Below, piece after piece: positions 1 through 10,250 of a stretch of DNA of 64,000 bases. The notes under the pieces were generated by a model. It searched no databases. It was not told the DNA's origin and saw only the letters and a list, made by a program, of their open reading frames with translations. The DNA is taken from NCBI GenBank assembly GCA_902799685.1, contig CADCBO010000011.1:1524-65523 (forward strand). Reading direction: 5' to 3'. The stretch's first letter is position 1. Each line of letters starts with the position of its first letter. Position numbers and translations under genes: made by a program. The DNA is from an uncultured Bacteroidales bacterium (GTDB lineage Bacteria; Bacteroidota; Bacteroidia; Bacteroidales; Bacteroidaceae).

Positions 1-620
1 TGGGTAACACCTATCCTGAGATCACCGAGATGCAGACCAAGGCTATCATCGGCGCTGCCATCCAGTTGCGCAAGGAGGGCCTGAACCCGCAGCCCGAGAT
101 CATGGTTCCGCTGGTAGGTAAGCACTATGAGTTTGAGCAGCAGGAGGAGATCATCCGCGCTACCGCAGCCAAGCTGTTCGAGGAGGAGGGCGTTAAGCCG
201 TTCGAGTTCAAGGTTGGTACAATGATCGAGATCCCGCGTGCCGCTCTTACCGCTGATGCAGTTGCTGCCCGCGCCGAGTACTTCTCATTCGGTACCAATG
301 ACCTGACTCAGATGACATTCGGCTACTCACGTGACGATATCGCTTCATTCCTGCCGGTTTATCTGGAGAAGAAGATCCTTAAGGTTGACCCGTTCCAGGT
401 TTTGGACCAGAAGGGTGTCGGCCAGCTCATAAAGATGGCTGTAGAGAAGGGTCGTTCAGTACGTCCCGACCTCAAGTGCGGTATCTGCGGCGAGCATGGC
501 GGCGAGCCTTCATCAGTCAAGTTCTGCGACAAGGTTGGTCTGAACTATGTGAGCTGCTCACCGTTCCGCGTGCCTATTGCACGTCTGGCTGCCGCGCAGG
601 GTGCAATTGAGAATTGCTGA
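1..620 (+). CDS. ppdK: Pyruvate, phosphate dikinase, C-terminal part (5' end outside window)
   Basis: Frame is open from the window edge. C-terminal PEP-utilising barrel motifs [16 protein letters not shown] and [13 protein letters not shown] are present. Confidence 0.85.
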   Translation, partial: GNTYPEITEMQTKAIIGAAIQLRKEGLNPQPEIMVPLVGKHYEFEQQEEIIRATAAKLFEEEGVKPFEFKVGTMIEIPRAALTADAVAARAEYFSFGTNDLTQMTFGYSRDDIASFLPVYLEKKILKVDPFQVLDQKGVGQLIKMAVEKGRSVRPDLKCGICGEHGGEPSSVKFCDKVGLNYVSCSPFRVPIARLAAAQGAIENC

Positions 621-642
621 TGGCAGTTTAACCATATTATAT

Positions 643-673
643 AAAGGTGGAGAGAGCATCTCCACCTTTATTT
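643..673 (+). terminator. Intrinsic terminator after ppdK
   Basis: Stem ggtggaga (646-653) pairs with tctccacc (659-666), extended by aaa/ttt. The loop is 5 nt and is followed by tttattt. Confidence 0.7.
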
Positions 674-674
674 A

Positions 675-682
675 TATCTTTG
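675..682 (+). promoter_or_regulatory. Candidate Bacteroidota -7 box TATCTTTG (consensus TAnnTTTG)
   Basis: Exact consensus match 5 nt upstream of the ATG at 687. This implies a very short or absent leader, or a downstream start codon. Confidence 0.3.
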
Positions 683-686
683 CGGC

Positions 687-2411
687 ATGAAAATCCTGAA
701 TATTCTATCATATCCCATACGCTCCACCGGAAACCTGTTTTCATTCTGTATCCTGATGGAGCTGGCCATATTGACGACATGTCATATTGTTGGCGTAGGT
801 GGAGACATATTTCTGGGTATTCTCATGCCGATATTTGACTGCTATGTAATCTGTCTGCTGGCAAGTCTTTTCAAGAAGGTCAAACTGGGCTGGATAATCT
901 GGACTATTGCAGTATTGGTCTTTACAGGAGAACTATTCACAATCCTTTTTTATAAGTCCACATATAATATAAGGGTTATCCAACTGGTCATGGAGACAAC
1001 CCCGGGAGAATCAAAAGAGTTCCTGGCATCGGCCTGTGGCCACCCCGGTTTATGGATTTCGGTTGTTGTTACAGGTATAGTTTTTTACCTGAGTTATCTT
1101 ATGAACAAAAACCGGAACAGATTATCGGAACGTGCGCTGAAGATCCTGAACTGGACCGGAATAGCCCTTATCCTATGGTCTTCGACAAGAGAGATTCCCG
1201 CCTATATCAAACTGGGACGTTGTTTCACAGCAAAAGAATACAGACTTCTGGCTGAGAAAAAATACATGCCACACCTTTCTACTACCGCAATAAGATTGTT
1301 GCAAGGAGTAGCATTCAACATAGTCCAGCCAAGAGAACTTAACGCACTTACCGTTACGGCACACAACACGCCCATTGCCGACAGTACACATGAGTGCCCG
1401 TTGATTGTCCTAATAATAGGAGAATCTTTCTCCAAATATCACACACCACTTTATAACCCGGAGGTTCCACCCGTAAATCCCAGGCTTGAACGGCTTAAAG
1501 ATGAAGGACATCTGGTTGCTTATACCGATGTGGTCACTACAAGCAACCTTACATCAAACGTGATGAGAAACATGTTCTCCATGTGGGATGAAGACTATAG
1601 TGACAACTGGACAGAACACACGTTATTCCCGGCAATATTCCGCAAAGCAGGATATACAGTATGGTATCTGACTAACCAGTTTGCTCTCAACAGTTCTGAT
1701 ATCTGGAACAGCATAGGCGGAACGATATTCAACAAACCTGAGTTATCAGAATGCCTGTTTGACTGGCGAAACGAAAACCTTATGCAGTATGATGCAGAAA
1801 TACTGGATCTGATGCCAGATACATCACAATTGTTTGTGCGCCCCACCCTGCTGATTGTACACCTTATGGGACAGCATGTGAATTACAAGGAGAGGTATCC
1901 GGAGGAGTTTGAATTTTTTGACGCCAACCAGATGGAAACCGCTTTTGGAGGCGCCAAAGCCAAAAAGATTCTGGCCGAGTATGCCAACGCCACCCTTTAC
2001 AATGACTATGTGGTTGACAAGGTATGGAGTCTGGTAAAAGAACATGATGCTGTGGGTATTTATCTGTCCGATCATGGCGAGGAGGTATATGACTGGCGTG
2101 ATTTTCATGAACGGACAGATGAAAGACAGATGACAAAGGAGGTGGCCAAATATCAGTTTGAGATTCCGTTCTTTTTCCTGATGTCTGACAAGTTCATAAC
2201 CAATCATCCGGAAACCGCAGAGCGTATAAAGAATTCCAGTGGAAAGCCTTTCATAAACAGCCGTATAAAGCATGTGCTTCTGGGGCTGGGAGGCATTGAG
2301 ACTGATGAATATAAATCCAGACACGACATACTTTCCGACCGGTACGACACCAATAACGTGAGATATATTGGTAATCATACAGACTATGACCGGCTGATGC
2401 AGGAGAAGTAA
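687..2411 (+). CDS. Sulfatase-fold membrane transferase, phosphoethanolamine-transferase (EptA/LptA)-like
   Basis: Polytopic hydrophobic N-terminal third followed by an alkaline-phosphatase/sulfatase-type domain (LIVLIIGESFSKYH, HLMGQHVNY, YLSDHGEE). Confidence 0.7.
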   Translation: MKILNILSYPIRSTGNLFSFCILMELAILTTCHIVGVGGDIFLGILMPIFDCYVICLLASLFKKVKLGWIIWTIAVLVFTGELFTILFYKSTYNIRVIQLVMETTPGESKEFLASACGHPGLWISVVVTGIVFYLSYLMNKNRNRLSERALKILNWTGIALILWSSTREIPAYIKLGRCFTAKEYRLLAEKKYMPHLSTTAIRLLQGVAFNIVQPRELNALTVTAHNTPIADSTHECPLIVLIIGESFSKYHTPLYNPEVPPVNPRLERLKDEGHLVAYTDVVTTSNLTSNVMRNMFSMWDEDYSDNWTEHTLFPAIFRKAGYTVWYLTNQFALNSSDIWNSIGGTIFNKPELSECLFDWRNENLMQYDAEILDLMPDTSQLFVRPTLLIVHLMGQHVNYKERYPEEFEFFDANQMETAFGGAKAKKILAEYANATLYNDYVVDKVWSLVKEHDAVGIYLSDHGEEVYDWRDFHERTDERQMTKEVAKYQFEIPFFFLMSDKFITNHPETAERIKNSSGKPFINSRIKHVLLGLGGIETDEYKSRHDILSDRYDTNNVRYIGNHTDYDRLMQEK

Positions 2412-2420
2412 AATAATGAA

Positions 2421-3488
2421 CTACTGCCTGCGGAAAGTATAATACCAGTAGTAAGTGTTGTGATATTCTATGTATGTGCTGTTGGCGCGATACTTTTCCG
2501 GTTTACCACTTAGACTTTCCAACTGAGCGGTGAAACTGTCCAGAATCTGTTTCTGGGCGGCATATTCCTGTGGGAAACTGGATTGAGCCTGACTGTTTCC
2601 GGTCAATGCCAAAAGCTGCATATAATATTTTGGGACCTGACCTTTATAAATGTATGGCGTAATAAGAGAATCGGCCTTTTGCAGGTTACGACTAATCATT
2701 GCCATAGCAATCTGAATTGAATGAGAGTCATATTCCGTACTCCCTAAGCAAACATGTAAATAATCCAGTGCAAGATCCTCTCTATAAATAGGATAATTGA
2801 ACAGATATTCCCCTATCCCGCTTCCAGGATCAGAGGCATCCAGTCTTAGCATGGCTTCCAGACGAGCGTTGACCACTGCACAATCCGCCTCCTCTTCAAA
2901 CATGCCTACGCGCAAGGCCTTCTCATACTGACCACGTGAGACGTATCTGTTTATCATAAGGGATCGATGCAGATTCTCATCGGTATTACCCAAATAAGCG
3001 GTGAGACAAAACAGCAGTGACATTATGAGCAGGTTGCCAGCCAGAATACGTGGACGGACATTGTATCCGGACTTGGGAACAGCAGATACGATCCTGCATA
3101 TAAAGAAAAGCGCTACTGAAAAGGTTACGGAGACAATCCATACCGAAAAAGACGGCACTGATAGTTCATGAGTGCAATACAGACCGTCAAAACAGGTCAC
3201 AACACCCAACAGGAAAGCTGATGGAAGATAGTTGCAAGCGTAAAGTCCATCCTTAAACCTGAACAGTCTGGCCACGGGCATTTCTATCAGTATGGTAAGA
3301 ACTGTCAGCACAATGGGAGCGACAACATGCAACCAACCGGAAACAGCCCAATCCTTATGATGAAAAAGCCCCTGGACAAGCGCATACAGATAGTTACCCT
3401 GGAAGAAACAGAGCCAGCAGAATGCAAAGGCTGCAAAAAGGGCTCCGCAAATCCAACGGATGCATTTGTCACATGACTTTTTTTCCAT
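2421..3488 (-). CDS. Uncharacterised polytopic membrane protein with soluble helical C-terminal half
   Basis: 355-aa ORF with about 5-6 hydrophobic helices in the first 180 aa and a helical soluble part after that. Its start overlaps the glgB stop by 20 nt. No family recognised. Confidence 0.6.
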   Translation of the reverse strand: MEKKSCDKCIRWICGALFAAFAFCWLCFFQGNYLYALVQGLFHHKDWAVSGWLHVVAPIVLTVLTILIEMPVARLFRFKDGLYACNYLPSAFLLGVVTCFDGLYCTHELSVPSFSVWIVSVTFSVALFFICRIVSAVPKSGYNVRPRILAGNLLIMSLLFCLTAYLGNTDENLHRSLMINRYVSRGQYEKALRVGMFEEEADCAVVNARLEAMLRLDASDPGSGIGEYLFNYPIYREDLALDYLHVCLGSTEYDSHSIQIAMAMISRNLQKADSLITPYIYKGQVPKYYMQLLALTGNSQAQSSFPQEYAAQKQILDSFTAQLESLSGKPEKYRANSTYIEYHNTYYWYYTFRRQ

Positions 3489-5493
3489 TTTGCCTTACCT
3501 TCTTCAGCACTATAGCAGAGCGTGACGGCAGGTAAAGCTTGAGCCACTCCTTGCGCACCTTCTTATATAAGGGATCCATGAGGGTGAAATGCTCCATCTT
3601 GTCATCAAGCCTGCCGTAGCCTCCAAACTCTATGCTGTCACTGTCCAGGACAGTCCTGTATGAGCCACGCGGTACCAGGAAACCGTAATCGGAGAACGAG
3701 CGTGTGGGATTGAAGTTGAACACGAACACAAGGTCACCGCGTCCGAAAGCCAGAACCTGGTCACCATCGTTGTGCCAGTACTCAACCACATCCTTGTTCT
3801 GGTAGTTCTTTACGGAACCTATCAGTTTCATCAGGGCGCGGTCAAAATCGCCAAGCCATGAATATGCCAACTGTTTGTTGTCTATAAGGCTCCACTGGCG
3901 GCGAGCATATTTATGGCTCCAGCCATTACCCTCGCGCGGGAAATCAATCCACTCCGGATGACCGAACTCATTTCCCATAAAGTTCAGGTATCCGCCGTTT
4001 ATGGTTGATGCGGTTATAAGACGTATCATCTTGTGCAGGGCTATGCCGCGGGCCGTCACGTCATTGCCGCCGTCCTTGGTAAAATGCCAGTACATATCTG
4101 CATCTATCAGACGGAAAATAACGGTCTTGTCACCTACCAGAGCCTGGTCATGGCTCTCTACGTATGATATGGTCTTCTCATCCTTGCGGCGGTTGGTAAC
4201 CTCCCAGAATATGCCGGCCATGGACCAGTCTTCATCTTTCTTTTCCTTGATGGTCTTGATCCAGTAATCGGGGATGTTCATGGCCAGACGGTAATCGAAT
4301 CCGTAGCCACCGTCTTCAAACGGGGCGGCCAGGCCGGGCATTCCGCTTACCTCTTCGGCAATGGTAATAGCACCGGGATTGAACTGGTGAATGACACGGT
4401 TGGCCAGCATGAGATAACAGATGGCATCATCGTCCTGATGGCCATTGAAATAGTCATCGTAATTGCAGAACGCCTCACCCAGTCCATGGCTATAGTAAAG
4501 CATGGAGGTAACGCCGTCAAAACGGAAACCGTCAAAACGGAACTCATCCAGCCAGTACTTGCAGTTGGAGAGCAGGTAATGCAGAACCTGAGTCTTGCCG
4601 TAGTCAAAGCAGAGCGAGCCCCAGGCTGAATGTTCATGACGGTCTCCAGGCAGGAAATACTGATTGGGATCACCGGCCAGATTGCCCAGGCCCTCATACT
4701 CATTCTTGACAGAGTGAGAGTGAACCAGGTCCATTATTACCGATATACCCATGCCATGTGCGGTATCTATGAGTTCCTTGAGTTCCTCAGGGGTACCGAA
4801 ACGGGATGAGGGTGCAAAGAAACTTGATACATGATAGCCGAAACTGCCGTAATACGGATGTTCCTGGATGGCCATGACCTGTATGCAGTTATAGCCGGCA
4901 GCCTTGACACGCGGAAGCACATTGTTCTTGAACTCGATGTATGTGCCCACTCCCTCACGCTCCTGGGCCATGCCTACATGGCACTCGTAAATGAGCAGCG
5001 GGTCCTGCTTGGGTTTGAAATCCTTATGTTTGAACCGGTAATCCTCTTTGGGATCCCACACCTGGGCAGAGAAGATCTTGGACTGTTCATCCTGCACCAC
5101 CCTGCGGCACCATGCGGGAATACGGTCACCCTGACCGCCGTTCCATTTTACGCGCATCTTGTAATGCTGCCCGTGGCCTATCATGCCCAGCGGGATACGC
5201 AGTTCCCAGTCTCCGTTATCATTTATGCGTGTAAGACGGAAACGCTCCTGCTCCTGCCATCCGGAGAAATCGCCTATAAGGAATATCTCAGTGGCATTTG
5301 GAGCCCACTCCCTGAAGACCCATCCGCTGTCTGTACGGAGAAGTCCGTAATAGAGATAGCCCGATGCAAAATCGGCAAGACAGGACTTACCGCCTGTAAG
5401 CTGGCTCTCACGCCACAACGCATGATCGTGGCGACCTTCTATGGCAGCTGAATATGGTGTCAGCCAAGGGTCATTCTCAATTATCCTTAACAT
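3469..5493 (-). CDS. glgB: 1,4-alpha-glucan branching enzyme (GH13)
   Basis: GH13 conserved regions DLVHSH, GFRFDGVTSM, IAEEVSG and YVESHDQ. Length is 674 aa. Confidence 0.9.
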   Translation of the reverse strand: MLRIIENDPWLTPYSAAIEGRHDHALWRESQLTGGKSCLADFASGYLYYGLLRTDSGWVFREWAPNATEIFLIGDFSGWQEQERFRLTRINDNGDWELRIPLGMIGHGQHYKMRVKWNGGQGDRIPAWCRRVVQDEQSKIFSAQVWDPKEDYRFKHKDFKPKQDPLLIYECHVGMAQEREGVGTYIEFKNNVLPRVKAAGYNCIQVMAIQEHPYYGSFGYHVSSFFAPSSRFGTPEELKELIDTAHGMGISVIMDLVHSHSVKNEYEGLGNLAGDPNQYFLPGDRHEHSAWGSLCFDYGKTQVLHYLLSNCKYWLDEFRFDGFRFDGVTSMLYYSHGLGEAFCNYDDYFNGHQDDDAICYLMLANRVIHQFNPGAITIAEEVSGMPGLAAPFEDGGYGFDYRLAMNIPDYWIKTIKEKKDEDWSMAGIFWEVTNRRKDEKTISYVESHDQALVGDKTVIFRLIDADMYWHFTKDGGNDVTARGIALHKMIRLITASTINGGYLNFMGNEFGHPEWIDFPREGNGWSHKYARRQWSLIDNKQLAYSWLGDFDRALMKLIGSVKNYQNKDVVEYWHNDGDQVLAFGRGDLVFVFNFNPTRSFSDYGFLVPRGSYRTVLDSDSIEFGGYGRLDDKMEHFTLMDPLYKKVRKEWLKLYLPSRSAIVLKKVRQNGKKVM

Positions 5494-5939
5494 GGCTTGC
5501 GTATTTTTACTATGAGTTTAAGTATTCCTGATTCAGTAATGGCCGGTGCATGGCCTTCGCCCGGGAAGAATACCACGAACATGCCTTTCCTTACATTGAG
5601 GTATGTATCACAGAGTCCGGGGTAGAATGCCACATCCTTAAGTTCACTGTACGGTACGGACGGAGCAGGCATGAAGGGAGCAGCGATAAAGCCCATCTCC
5701 TCATGGGATGATATGGGAACCTGAATGTCAATATATTCCTTATGTGCCTCTATAGGCACCTGCTCACGTGTCTGGGCATCCTGCCGGTTGACATTGACAA
5801 AAAGATTGTCACCCTGCAACACAATCCTGCCCGGCTCAAGGGCAGTAAGGTCTGTGTTACGGAAGAACTCCAACACCTTATCCATCAACGGACTGATATA
5901 TCCGTAGATTTCAAGTCTGTCAAGTGAATCAAGTATCAT
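5487..5939 (-). CDS. YhcH/YjgK/YiaL (DUF386, EbgC-like) family protein
   Basis: 150 aa. Typical family C-terminus FFPGEGHAP and the start MILDSL..L..Y. Confidence 0.75.
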   Translation of the reverse strand: MILDSLDRLEIYGYISPLMDKVLEFFRNTDLTALEPGRIVLQGDNLFVNVNRQDAQTREQVPIEAHKEYIDIQVPISSHEEMGFIAAPFMPAPSVPYSELKDVAFYPGLCDTYLNVRKGMFVVFFPGEGHAPAITESGILKLIVKIRKPC

Positions 5940-5943
5940 AGTC

Positions 5944-6987
5944 TCAATATATGATTGTCCTTATTTTCTTTCCCGATTTGTCCTTGACGGTAAATGTGCC
6001 GGTACGGACACCTTCGCTAAACATACCTTCCAGACGCGTGCCGTCGGGTTCCTCGACCACACCTTTGCCGTCAACCACTCCATTCACGAAACTGCCCTTG
6101 AACCTGGTGCCGTCGGCCAGGCTCATGGATCCTTCACCCCAGGGGATATCATTCTGCCATCCACCGTAATAGCTGTCACCGTTGGCCCAGACCATACGTC
6201 CGGTTCCTTCGCGGCGGTTGTCCTTCCAGTCACCGTCATAAACAGAGCCGTCAGCCCAGGTGAATACACCTTTGCCGTCGGCCAGGCCGTTACGCAAGGT
6301 TCCCTTATATGAATCACCGTTGGCAAAACTGTATTCTCCGCTGCCGGTTATGGCTCCGTTACGGAACTGCCCCTTGTAAGTATCTCCGTTAGGCATGGAG
6401 CAGCTGCCGTTGCCGTTCTCAAGGTCATTCTTCCAGGAACCGGAATAGATGTATGAACCGCTCTTGTATTCACCCTGACCTTCACGATGTCCTTTGAGCC
6501 AGGCACCCCTGTACTCTGAGCTGTCACTCCAGCACATGGTTCCGGTACCCTGACGCAGGTTGTCGGACCACTCGCCGGAATAGAAAGAACCGTCAGACCA
6601 CATATATACGCCCTTGCCGTTTCTCTCTCCATCCTGCCAGTTGCCTTTATACACATCGCCCGATGCATACTGGAGTTCGCCCTCACCGGAGCGGACATTG
6701 TTCTCCCAGTAACCCAGATACAGGTCACCGTTGGAATAATAGCATATACCTACTCCACAGCGCAGCCCTTTCTCGAAAGCGCCTTCATAGACATCGCCGT
6801 TGGGGTATTCCATACTGCCTGTACCCGATGGCTTGCGCAGTTTCATCTGGCCGGTATAAACCGAACCGTCCTTAAGTTCATGAATGTTCCTGCGCTCCTG
6901 CCTGAGACTGTCCGGCCTGACAGCGCCTGCCGGGAATGCGGCAGACTCCAGAATAAAAAGAATCAATATGCCCCAACTTCTGTTCAT
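5944..6987 (-). CDS. Secreted MORN-repeat protein
   Basis: N-terminal signal peptide followed by 13 back-to-back 23-aa units of the form YxGxWxxGxxxGxGxxxxxxG (counted by eye). Confidence 0.85.
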   Translation of the reverse strand: MNRSWGILILFILESAAFPAGAVRPDSLRQERRNIHELKDGSVYTGQMKLRKPSGTGSMEYPNGDVYEGAFEKGLRCGVGICYYSNGDLYLGYWENNVRSGEGELQYASGDVYKGNWQDGERNGKGVYMWSDGSFYSGEWSDNLRQGTGTMCWSDSSEYRGAWLKGHREGQGEYKSGSYIYSGSWKNDLENGNGSCSMPNGDTYKGQFRNGAITGSGEYSFANGDSYKGTLRNGLADGKGVFTWADGSVYDGDWKDNRREGTGRMVWANGDSYYGGWQNDIPWGEGSMSLADGTRFKGSFVNGVVDGKGVVEEPDGTRLEGMFSEGVRTGTFTVKDKSGKKIRTIIY

Positions 6988-7739
6988 AGCTGATACTCTT
7001 TAAGGAAAATGTTGGCGGCTGCCAGATCATCGGGAGTATCTATTCCTATTGTTTCGACATTAGTTACACCTACCTTTATCCGGTATCCCGCGGAGAGCCA
7101 GCGCAACTGTTCCAGGCTCTCAGCCTTTTCCAGTGGTGCCTGAGGCAATTCTGTAACCTCTTTAAGCACTTGAGACCTGAATGCATAAAGTCCTATGTGC
7201 TTGTAGTAGGTATGTACGGATGTCCACTCGCTTTCCGGTACGCCGCGAAGATAAGGGATTACGCTGCGGCTGAAATACAGAGCGTTCCAATGGTCGTCAA
7301 CCACCACCTTGGGACTGTTGGGATTAGCCAGCTTTTCAAAAGGCGTATCCGGAGAAAACGGCTTTACAAGCGTGGCGATATCAGTGTCAGGAGCATCAAA
7401 CAGGTTCTTGACGGTAAGGAGCTGTGACGGCTGGATAAAAGGTTCGTCACCCTGGATGTTGACTACCACATCGGCATTCACGCCACATTTGCAGAACGCC
7501 TCATAGCAGCGGTCCGTACCACTCTTATGGTCCTGGCGTGTCATAACAGGGGTAAAACCACCTTCTCTTACCGCATTAAATATACGTTCGTCATCTGTAG
7601 CCACAAAGACGTGACTGAACACCTTGCTTGCCTGCTCGCAGACACGTATTATCACCGGCTTGCCGCCAAGAACCGCAAGAGGCTTGGCCGGGAAGCGCGT
7701 GGAAGCGTATCGGGCAGGTATGATTGCTGCAAATTCCAT
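6984..7739 (-). CDS. kdsB: 3-deoxy-manno-octulosonate cytidylyltransferase
   Basis: Motifs IIPARYASTRFPAKPL and NIQGDEP. Length is 251 aa. Confidence 0.9.
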   Translation of the reverse strand: MEFAAIIPARYASTRFPAKPLAVLGGKPVIIRVCEQASKVFSHVFVATDDERIFNAVREGGFTPVMTRQDHKSGTDRCYEAFCKCGVNADVVVNIQGDEPFIQPSQLLTVKNLFDAPDTDIATLVKPFSPDTPFEKLANPNSPKVVVDDHWNALYFSRSVIPYLRGVPESEWTSVHTYYKHIGLYAFRSQVLKEVTELPQAPLEKAESLEQLRWLSAGYRIKVGVTNVETIGIDTPDDLAAANIFLKEYQL

Positions 7740-10084
7740 CAGAAAGATTCTATCGAGTAGTTGTCATTTACGTTACTGTGTCTGACATCGCCTGCACACG
7801 GGTCATAATCCTTAGGTATGTCAAACCTGGCTGTGGGCGAATAGCCCAGATTCACTGAGTCGGCATAGACCTTGTCCATGAACATGCCGAATACGGGAAG
7901 CGCGGCGTGGGCACCCTGCCCGTGATCCATATCGTCAAAGTGGATGTCACGGTCCTCACCTCCTACCCAGCATCCGGCTACCAGGTCAGGGGTATAGCCC
8001 ATGAACCATGCATCGGAATGGTTATCGGTTGTGCCGGTCTTGCCGCCACAGTCAACCTTGCTGAATGTAGGGAAAAGCCTGGAGCTACGCAGGCGGGTTC
8101 CAGTACCTTCATTTATAACGGCACGCATCATATCTATCATCCTGAACGATGTCTCCTCACTTATAACCTCGTTGCTGCGTGCGGTGAACTGTGCCAGGGT
8201 ATTGCCCTGGGCATCCTCTATGCGTGTGACGTAAACCGGCGACGTACGTATGCCGTGATTAACGAATGCAGTGTATGCGCTGACCATCTCCTGCACCGAT
8301 ACATCACATGTACCAAGGCAAAGTGACTCGACCGGTTCTATGGCCTGGTTCCTTAGACCGAACTCATGCAGGATATTGACGAATGCGTATGGACTGAGCT
8401 GACCCATAAGCCAGGCTGTTACATTGTTGTTGGAGCGAGACAGCCCCCACTTGAGTGTAACCAACTGACCGAGCATCTGCTTGCCGTCATCCTTGGGCTG
8501 CCATATCTGCCCGGCCTCGGTCAGCAGCGTCTGGGTCTCGTTAATGACCTGGTCACACGGAGAGAATCCGCTTTCCATGCCAAGTGAATAGAGATACGGT
8601 TTCATGGTGGAGCCTACCTGACGGCGGCCTTTGGTAACCATATCATACTGGAAGGCTCCGTAATTGGGCCCACCCACATAAGCCTTGACGTAACCGGTTC
8701 TGGGTTCCATACACATGAAACCTGAACGCAGGTAATGTTTCATGTAACGGATGGAATCCATGGGACTTAGCACTGTATCCACATAACCGTCATAAGAGAA
8801 TAGTTCCATCTCATGCGGAGTACTCCATATCTTACGGAGTGAATCCATGGAAACACCATTGTCACGCATACGTCTGTATCCGGCATTCAGAAGTCCGTCC
8901 TCAAGCATCCTGCGGGCCTGGTCAGCCGTTATTTTACTGGTGTACGGAGCTGTCCGGACCTTTTTCTTAGCCTTAAAGAAATCCGGTTGCAGATAATCCT
9001 GCAACTGTGCGGCTACAGCCTCCTCGGCATACTGCTGCATACGGGAATCTATGGTTACGTATATCTTAAGGCCATCGGTATAGAGGTTGTAAGGCTTTCC
9101 GTTCTGGTTCAGATTCTTGTTACACCATCCGAATAGCGGATCCTGCTCCCAGTCGAGCGAATCCTCATAGAACTGCTGCTGACGCCACGACTCAGCGTAA
9201 TTCTTACGGTCCGGTTTCTTTTCATTCAGCCTGATGCGCAGGAATTCCCTGAAATATGTAGCCTGTCCTGCCTTGTGATCAACCTTATGGTAGTTCAGCA
9301 CCAGGTCTGTAGCCTGCAGGGAATCAGTCTCTGTCTCACCCAGATAACCGGCTTTCTCCATCTGGCTGAGCACTACGTTACGGCGCTCACGGGTCATGTC
9401 CTTACGGCGCAGAGGATTGTAAAGTGATGAATTCTTGCACATTCCCACTAGCATGGCCGACTCCTCGGCGTTCAGTTCGGAAGGCAGTTTGCCGAAATAC
9501 GTCCTGGAAGCCGTATAAATACCAATGGCGTTGTTGCCGAAATCATATTTGTTAAGATAAAGCGTAAGTATCTCTTCCTTTGTATAGCAACGTTCCAGCT
9601 TTACGGCTACCACCCATTCTGTGGGTTTCTGGAGAGCGCGCTGCACTGAACTGCGTGCCACATGCTCGGTATAAAGCTGTTTGGCCAGCTGCTGGGTAAG
9701 CGTACTGCCGCCGCCGGCGCTGCGCTGCTGAAGTATTACACGTTTGACGATTGCCCTGACAAGAGCCTTGAGGTCTATGCCTGAGTGTTCCTGGAAACGG
9801 ACATCCTCAGTTGCCACAAGAGCCTTGACCAGATAAGGTGACAGTTCCTCAAAATCCACCCAGACACGGTTGTCTTCACTGCGGGCGAAAGTACCCAGGA
9901 CCACTCCGTCGGACGAAATTATCTGGGTTGCGAACTTGTCGATGGGATTCTCCAGGTCATCCACTGAAGGAGTATTGCCTATCCACCCCTTGCTGATACC
10001 GGCAAAGATAAGGTACACGGCCAGGACTCCGGCCAGGAAGAGGATCCACAGACCCAATATTATACGCTTGAAAGTCTTGCTCAT
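7739..10084 (-). CDS. mrcA: Class A penicillin-binding protein (PBP1A type)
   Basis: GT51 motifs EDVRFQEHSGID and GGSTLTQQLAK. Transpeptidase motifs STMKP, SRSNN and KTGTT. N-terminal membrane anchor. Confidence 0.9.
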   Translation of the reverse strand: MSKTFKRIILGLWILFLAGVLAVYLIFAGISKGWIGNTPSVDDLENPIDKFATQIISSDGVVLGTFARSEDNRVWVDFEELSPYLVKALVATEDVRFQEHSGIDLKALVRAIVKRVILQQRSAGGGSTLTQQLAKQLYTEHVARSSVQRALQKPTEWVVAVKLERCYTKEEILTLYLNKYDFGNNAIGIYTASRTYFGKLPSELNAEESAMLVGMCKNSSLYNPLRRKDMTRERRNVVLSQMEKAGYLGETETDSLQATDLVLNYHKVDHKAGQATYFREFLRIRLNEKKPDRKNYAESWRQQQFYEDSLDWEQDPLFGWCNKNLNQNGKPYNLYTDGLKIYVTIDSRMQQYAEEAVAAQLQDYLQPDFFKAKKKVRTAPYTSKITADQARRMLEDGLLNAGYRRMRDNGVSMDSLRKIWSTPHEMELFSYDGYVDTVLSPMDSIRYMKHYLRSGFMCMEPRTGYVKAYVGGPNYGAFQYDMVTKGRRQVGSTMKPYLYSLGMESGFSPCDQVINETQTLLTEAGQIWQPKDDGKQMLGQLVTLKWGLSRSNNNVTAWLMGQLSPYAFVNILHEFGLRNQAIEPVESLCLGTCDVSVQEMVSAYTAFVNHGIRTSPVYVTRIEDAQGNTLAQFTARSNEVISEETSFRMIDMMRAVINEGTGTRLRSSRLFPTFSKVDCGGKTGTTDNHSDAWFMGYTPDLVAGCWVGGEDRDIHFDDMDHGQGAHAALPVFGMFMDKVYADSVNLGYSPTARFDIPKDYDPCAGDVRHSNVNDNYSIESF

Positions 10085-10147
10085 CTGATAAATGTCTAAA
10101 CCGCAGCCGATGTCTGTACGACCGCCATTACTTACGTAATTATTTTA

Positions 10148-10155
10148 CAAATTTA
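10148..10155 (-). promoter_or_regulatory. Candidate -7 box TAAATTTG for the mrcA operon
   Basis: Plus strand reads CAAATTTA, an exact TAnnTTTG on the minus strand, 64 nt upstream of the mrcA ATG. Confidence 0.3.
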
Positions 10156-10250
10156 GCACAAAAAGACTGTATGGAGAATAGACTTCATGCAAAATTTGGC
10201 ATTTTAGGGAAAGTTATGAACAGACATTCCCTTTGTTGGCTTTTTCTTAG

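Noticed and set aside
10206-10232. Hairpin agggaa..ttccct upstream of pyrB, considered as a pyrimidine attenuator
   Set aside because: It lies upstream of the predicted -7 box (10251), so it would not be in the pyrB transcript. The stem is only 6 bp with a 15-nt loop.
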